A stretch of 59,575 bases of DNA, counting the filler. It is 3 parts of 3 records of this genome, joined end to end, with 100 filler letters (N's around TTAATTAATTAA, not from the genome) between each part and the next. Parts side by side here need not be neighbours in the genome. Positions count along the whole stretch, not along the records: positions 45,234 to 59,575 come from SRR22947727_851; 2 more parts are not named here. The stretch is one strand, 5' to 3'. The translations under genes were made by a program, and so were the position numbers. The notes beneath the pieces were generated by a model. That model was given only the letters and a program-made list of their open reading frames with translations, did no database searches and had not been told where the DNA came from. This document shows positions 55,095 through 59,575 of the stretch, piece by piece; within the stretch, counting starts at the first letter, position 1, and every line of letters begins with the position of its first letter.

Positions 55095-56398
55095 TGGCTG
55101 ATCTAACGACAGATTTCTTGGGTATCAAAAGCCCAAATCCATTCTGGCTCGCTTCTGCGCCGCCAACTGATAAAGAATATAATGTGCGCCGCGCATTTGA
55201 GGCCGGTTGGGGGGGCGTTGTTTGGAAAACCTTAGGGGCTGAAGGTCCACCAGTGGTCAATGTGAATGGCCCACGCTACGGCGTCATCCACGGCCCAGAT
55301 CGCCGCGTTCTTGGGCTGAACAATATTGAGTTAATCACCGACCGACCACTCGATGTGAACCTAGAAGAAATCACCCGTGTTAAGAAAGATTACCCAAACC
55401 ACGCTGTGATCGTGTCCATCATGGTGCCTTGTGAAGAACAGGCATGGAAAGATATTCTACCAAAGGTCGAAGCGACAGGTGCGGATGGGATCGAGCTCAA
55501 CTTCGGTTGCCCACACGGAATGTCCGAAAGGGGTATGGGCGCGGCTGTTGGACAGGTTCCTGAGTATATTGAAATGGTCACAGGCTGGTGTAAAAAATAC
55601 TATTCCAAACCAGTGATCGTCAAGCTGACGCCGAATATCACAGATGTGCGTTTGCCGGCCGCGGCAGCGAAACGGGGTGGCGCGGACGCTGTGTCATTGA
55701 TCAATACAATAAATTCTATCGTCTCAGTGGATCTCGATAGCATGAGCCCAGAACCATCCATAAATGGCAAGGGTACGCATGGGGGCTATTGTGGTCCTGC
55801 GGTTAAGCCGATTGCAATGTCCATGGTGTCTGAAATTGCGCGCGCGCCCGCAACCGCTGGATTTCCCATCTCCGGTATTGGTGGGGTCACAACATGGCGG
55901 GATGCGGCTGAATACATCGCGCTCGGCTGCGGCAACGTCCAGGTTTGCACCGCGGCGATGACTTATGGTTTCAAGGTTGTGCAAGAAATGATCACGGGTC
56001 TGTCTCAGTGGATGGATGAAAAAGGGCACAAAAGCATCCAAGACTTTATGGGCGCTGCGATCCCCAACACGACCGATTGGCAATATCTTGATCTTAATTA
56101 TGTCGCCAAAGCAGTGATTAACCAAGATGACTGCATCAGCTGTGGACGTTGCTTTGCCGCATGCGAAGATACATCGCATCAAGCTATTGTAATGTCTGAA
56201 GATCGTAAGTTCTCCGTGCTTGATGCGGAATGTGTGGCATGTAACCTTTGTGTCGAAGTCTGCCCCGTTGAAAATTGCATAACCATGGTGCAGCAGCCTG
56301 CCGGCACTGTTGATCCGCGCACAGGTCAAACCATTTCGGATGGATACGCCAATTGGACAACACACCCGAATAATCCCGATTCTGTCGCGGCAGAATAA
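55094..56398 (+). CDS. preA: Dihydropyrimidine dehydrogenase subunit with C-terminal ferredoxin
   Basis: NPFWLASAPPT, LNFGCPHGM, KLTPN, CISCGRC and CVACNLC...CP. Confidence 0.95.
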   Translation: MADLTTDFLGIKSPNPFWLASAPPTDKEYNVRRAFEAGWGGVVWKTLGAEGPPVVNVNGPRYGVIHGPDRRVLGLNNIELITDRPLDVNLEEITRVKKDYPNHAVIVSIMVPCEEQAWKDILPKVEATGADGIELNFGCPHGMSERGMGAAVGQVPEYIEMVTGWCKKYYSKPVIVKLTPNITDVRLPAAAAKRGGADAVSLINTINSIVSVDLDSMSPEPSINGKGTHGGYCGPAVKPIAMSMVSEIARAPATAGFPISGIGGVTTWRDAAEYIALGCGNVQVCTAAMTYGFKVVQEMITGLSQWMDEKGHKSIQDFMGAAIPNTTDWQYLDLNYVAKAVINQDDCISCGRCFAACEDTSHQAIVMSEDRKFSVLDAECVACNLCVEVCPVENCITMVQQPAGTVDPRTGQTISDGYANWTTHPNNPDSVAAE

Positions 56399-56411
56399 AG
56401 GATGATCAAAT

Positions 56412-56438
56412 CGGCGTGTGGGGAAAACCCACGCGCCG
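56412..56438. terminator. Hairpin between convergent preA and rutR
   Basis: CGGCGTGTGGG-gaaaa-CCCACGCGCCG, 11-bp stem with one G-U pair. Confidence 0.65.
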
Positions 56439-56440
56439 TA

Positions 56441-57043
56441 TTAAACAGTCAACATGCGTCGTAGCATATCTTCTAAATATTGCTCGGCATCCTCAAAATG
56501 ATCTCGTTCTCCCAAGATCGCCTTCACTTGAACATCAAAGTCAGCATAATGTTGCGTCATGGCCCAGATCGAAAAGATGAGATGATAAGGATCGATAGCA
56601 CGAACCAATCCCGCGTCTGCCCAGTGGTTAATTAACAGCGCTAAGTTCTCGACAACCTCACGCAGTTCACCGGTCAAAACGGATTTAATTCGCGGGGCGC
56701 CTTGGATGATTTCAGTGGCGTAAAGGCGACTTTCACGGGGGTAGAGCCGGCTCATTTTCAGTTTGTGTTTGGCGTATTTCAGTATTTCTTCAACAGGGTC
56801 ACCGGCGGGGTCAATATAGCGAACAGGCTGCAACCAATCGGTCAATAACTGGGCCAATAGTGCCTCGTAAATAGCCTCTTTGGATGCGAAGTAATACAGG
56901 ATGTTGGGTTTTGACAGACCAGACTCCGCTGCGATCTGATCTAATGTCGCGCCGCGAAACCCAAATTGGGCAAAGACCTTTAGCCCAGCGGCTTTGATTG
57001 CTGAGTGGTTTTTTTTCTGGATACGGGTCTCTGTCTTTTTCAT
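56441..57043 (-). CDS. rutR: RutR/PydR TetR-family regulator of pyrimidine catabolism
   Basis: SKPNILYYF, PRESRL, HLIFSIWAMTQHYADFDVQV. Confidence 0.9.
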   Translation of the reverse strand: MKKTETRIQKKNHSAIKAAGLKVFAQFGFRGATLDQIAAESGLSKPNILYYFASKEAIYEALLAQLLTDWLQPVRYIDPAGDPVEEILKYAKHKLKMSRLYPRESRLYATEIIQGAPRIKSVLTGELREVVENLALLINHWADAGLVRAIDPYHLIFSIWAMTQHYADFDVQVKAILGERDHFEDAEQYLEDMLRRMLTV

Positions 57044-57132
57044 ACGGGTCTATCACATGGAACAGTTGAGGGAGTAAATGACTAATTCGAAGGCAGTTCG
57101 GCAATGGATTGGCAAATTATAAAAGCAATTCC

Positions 57133-57160
57133 TTGACACATGTCTGGCCTCTGCTAGCGT
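57133..57160 (+). promoter_or_regulatory. Sigma70-type promoter for the amidohydrolase-hydA operon
   Basis: TTGACA (57133) and TAGCGT (57155) directly upstream of the RutR box. Confidence 0.55.
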
Positions 57161-57164
57161 TAGT

Positions 57165-57180
57165 TTGACCAGTTGGTCAA
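57165..57180. promoter_or_regulatory. RutR operator
   Basis: TTGACCAGTTGGTCAA, exact match to TTGACCAnnTGGTCAA. Confidence 0.88.
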
Positions 57181-57227
57181 ATTATTAATTGAGCAACCGT
57201 AATAATTCGAAAGTGAAGGACCGTCTC

Positions 57228-58478
57228 ATGGCTGCTATTGGCGAAAATCTGAAGATTAACAGCGAACGTCTTTGGGACAGTCTGATGGAGATGGCCAAGA
57301 TTGGGCCGGGTGTGGCAGGCGGCAATAACCGACAAACTCTGACAGATGAAGACAGCGAAGGCCGTCAATTGTTTCTCGATTGGTGCAAGGCTGCTGGCTG
57401 CACGATGGGCCTTGATCAAATGGGCAATATGTTTGCGCGTCGCGAGGGAACAGACCCTGAGGCCCTGCCAGTTTATGTGGGGTCGCATTTAGATACCCAA
57501 CCCACTGGTGGGAAATATGATGGGGTGCTTGGGGTTCTCGGTGGCCTCGAAATTTTGCGCACCATGAATGATCTGGATATCAAAACCAAACACCCAATTG
57601 TTGTGGTTAATTGGACGAATGAGGAGGGAACACGCTTTGCGCCGGCGATGTTGTCCTCAGGTGTATTTGCTGGTGTTCACACCCAAGATTGGGCCTATGA
57701 TCGTGTGGATGCTGAGGGCAAAGCCTTTGGGGATGAATTGCAGCGCATTGGCTGGCGGGGTGATGAAGACGTGCGCGCGCGCAAAATGCACGCCTTCTTT
57801 GAGCTGCACATCGAACAGGGTCCGATCCTAGAGGCAGAAAATAAGCAAATTGGGATTGTGACACATGGGCAGGGTCTGTCCTGGACCCAAGTGACGATTA
57901 CAGGCAAAGATGCCCATACAGGATCAACTCCGATGCCCATGCGCAAAAACGCAGGGCTCGCCATGGCACGGGTTTTGGATAGAGTTGAGGCAATTGCGCT
58001 GTCTTACGCACCTCATGCGGTCGGGGCGGCGGGTCATATCGATGTTTACCCCAATTCACGCAACGTGATCCCTGGCAAAGTCGTGTTTACGATTGATTTT
58101 CGCTCTCCCGATTTGACTGTCATCACTGACATGGAGGCGCGTTTGCGGACAGAAGCCCAGGCCATCTGTGAAGCGATGGGAATGGACATTGAGTTTGAAA
58201 AGGTCGGTGGGTTTGATCCTGTCGCCTTTGACGCAACATGTGTTCAGGCCGTGCGCCGCGCGGCAGAGCGTTTGGGATATAGCCATATGGATCTCATTTC
58301 AGGCGCGGGTCATGACGCCTGTTGGATCAATAAGGTTGCGCCCACGGCAATGATCATGTGCCCTTGTGTCGACGGTCTGAGCCATAATGAGGCCGAGGAC
58401 ATCAGCCAGGAATGGGCAGCTGCGGGCGCAGATGTTTTGTTGCATGCCGTTTTGGAGACGGCCGTAATTACACCATAA
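57228..58478 (+). CDS. Zn-dependent N-carbamoyl-beta-alanine amidohydrolase (beta-ureidopropionase)
   Basis: GSHLDTQPTGGKYDG, NEEG.RF, ELHIEQGP, SGAGHDA, SHNEAE; start ATG 57228. Confidence 0.9.
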   Translation: MAAIGENLKINSERLWDSLMEMAKIGPGVAGGNNRQTLTDEDSEGRQLFLDWCKAAGCTMGLDQMGNMFARREGTDPEALPVYVGSHLDTQPTGGKYDGVLGVLGGLEILRTMNDLDIKTKHPIVVVNWTNEEGTRFAPAMLSSGVFAGVHTQDWAYDRVDAEGKAFGDELQRIGWRGDEDVRARKMHAFFELHIEQGPILEAENKQIGIVTHGQGLSWTQVTITGKDAHTGSTPMPMRKNAGLAMARVLDRVEAIALSYAPHAVGAAGHIDVYPNSRNVIPGKVVFTIDFRSPDLTVITDMEARLRTEAQAICEAMGMDIEFEKVGGFDPVAFDATCVQAVRRAAERLGYSHMDLISGAGHDACWINKVAPTAMIMCPCVDGLSHNEAEDISQEWAAAGADVLLHAVLETAVITP

Positions 58479-58514
58479 GCCGCGGCGCAGATACCAATAG
58501 ACAGGGAGATTATT

Positions 58515-59575
58515 ATGAGCACAGTCATCAAGAACGGCACAGTCGTCACGCATGATTTGACATATGAAGCAGATGTTTTGATTGAAGATGGTAAGATCAT
58601 CGAGATTGGAAGAAACCTATCTGGCACGGATGAATTGGATGCAACAGGCTGCTACGTGATGCCTGGTGGCATTGACCCCCATACCCATCTTGAGATGCCA
58701 TTCATGGGCACATATTCTTCGGATGATTTCGAAAGCGGCACTCGCGCAGCATTGGCTGGCGGCACTACGATGGTTGTCGATTTCGCACTGCCGAGCCCAG
58801 GGCAAGGACTGCATGATGCGCTGAAAATGTGGGACAATAAATCCACCCGCGCCAACTGCGATTATTCCTTCCACATGGCGGTGACCTGGTGGGGCGAACA
58901 GGTGTTTGACGAGATGGAGAGCGTGATCAAAGACCGGGGCATTAATACGTTCAAGCATTTCTTGGCCTATAAAGGCGCCTTGATGGTTAATGACGACGAG
59001 CTGTTCGCAAGCTTCAATCGCCTTTCCGAATTGGGAGGCATCGCGATGGTTCACGCCGAAAACGGTGATGTCGTTGCTGAACTCTCCGCCAAATTACTGG
59101 CTGAGGGCAATACGGGACCAGAAGCGCATGCCTATTCCAGGCCGCCGCAAGTTGAGGGCGAAGCCACCAATCGCGCAATTATGATCGCCGATATGGCAGG
59201 GGTGCCGCTCTATGTTGTTCATACCTCTTGCGAAGAGTCCCACGAGGCAATTCGCCGGGCACGTCAACAGGGCAAACGGGTTTGGGGCGAGCCATTGATC
59301 CAGCACCTAACACTGGACGAAAGCGAATACTTCAACAAGGACTGGGACCACGCCGCGCGTCGCGTTATGTCTCCACCCTTTCGCAACAAACATCACCAAG
59401 ATAGCCTTTGGGCAGGCCTTCAGTCCGGCTCCCTGAGCGTTGTGGCCACCGATCACTGCGCATTTTCAACAGAACAAAAACGGTTCGGCCTGGGGGACTT
59501 CACTAAGATCCCTAATGGCACAGGTGGTCTGGAAGATCGCATGCCGATGCTATGGACCTATGGCGTTGCGACCGG
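58515..59575 (+). CDS. hydA: Dihydropyrimidinase, 3'-truncated (absent from the ORF track)
   Basis: MSTVIKNGTVV, PGGIDPHTHL, AGGTT, MVHAENG, VMSPP, ATDHC, IPNGTGGLEDR; GGGAG RBS. Confidence 0.95.
   Translation, partial: MSTVIKNGTVVTHDLTYEADVLIEDGKIIEIGRNLSGTDELDATGCYVMPGGIDPHTHLEMPFMGTYSSDDFESGTRAALAGGTTMVVDFALPSPGQGLHDALKMWDNKSTRANCDYSFHMAVTWWGEQVFDEMESVIKDRGINTFKHFLAYKGALMVNDDELFASFNRLSELGGIAMVHAENGDVVAELSAKLLAEGNTGPEAHAYSRPPQVEGEATNRAIMIADMAGVPLYVVHTSCEESHEAIRRARQQGKRVWGEPLIQHLTLDESEYFNKDWDHAARRVMSPPFRNKHHQDSLWAGLQSGSLSVVATDHCAFSTEQKRFGLGDFTKIPNGTGGLEDRMPMLWTYGVAT

Noticed and set aside
17931-59306. Numerous overlapping and antisense ORFs in the track
   Set aside because: Shadows of well-supported genes in GC-rich DNA with no recognisable motifs. 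Several track starts (27912, 27849, 38389, 34895, 57189) are over-extended.
1-59575. CRISPR array, IS element or rRNA
   Set aside because: No regularly spaced repeats with unique spacers, no transposase ORF and no rRNA-like sequence recognised.

Overview
The window is three unrelated contigs joined by two artificial 100-nt spacers (44 N + TTAATTAATTAA + 44 N, at 17658-17757 and 45134-45233), so nothing can be linked across them. (1) 1-17657: AT-rich late/structural region of a T4-like, probably marine, myovirus (TATAAATA late promoters). It encodes giant tail-fibre-like proteins, LamG, Gly-rich, C1q-like and cupredoxin-like modules and a 2OG-Fe(II) oxygenase. Its most striking property is a pervasive Asp-Ser (DS) motif, often on a 9-residue period, kept at the protein level across TCN/AGY codon switches. 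(2) 17758-45133: high-GC actinobacterial (Microbacteriaceae-like) chromosome with tRNA-Asp/Phe, a carotenoid gene pair, pntAB, acyl-CoA oxidase, thioredoxin behind a CsoR-type palindrome, cysK/cysE, DEAD-box helicase, a fluC pair and the pur cluster. (3) 45234-59575: Rhodobacteraceae-like chromosome with an uncharacterised catabolic cluster (hydantoinase/oxoprolinase AB, tautomerase-SnoaL fusion, GntR, LeuCD-like hydratase, TRAP transporter) beside the RutR-regulated reductive pyrimidine pathway. All family calls come from motif recognition by eye, not database searches.
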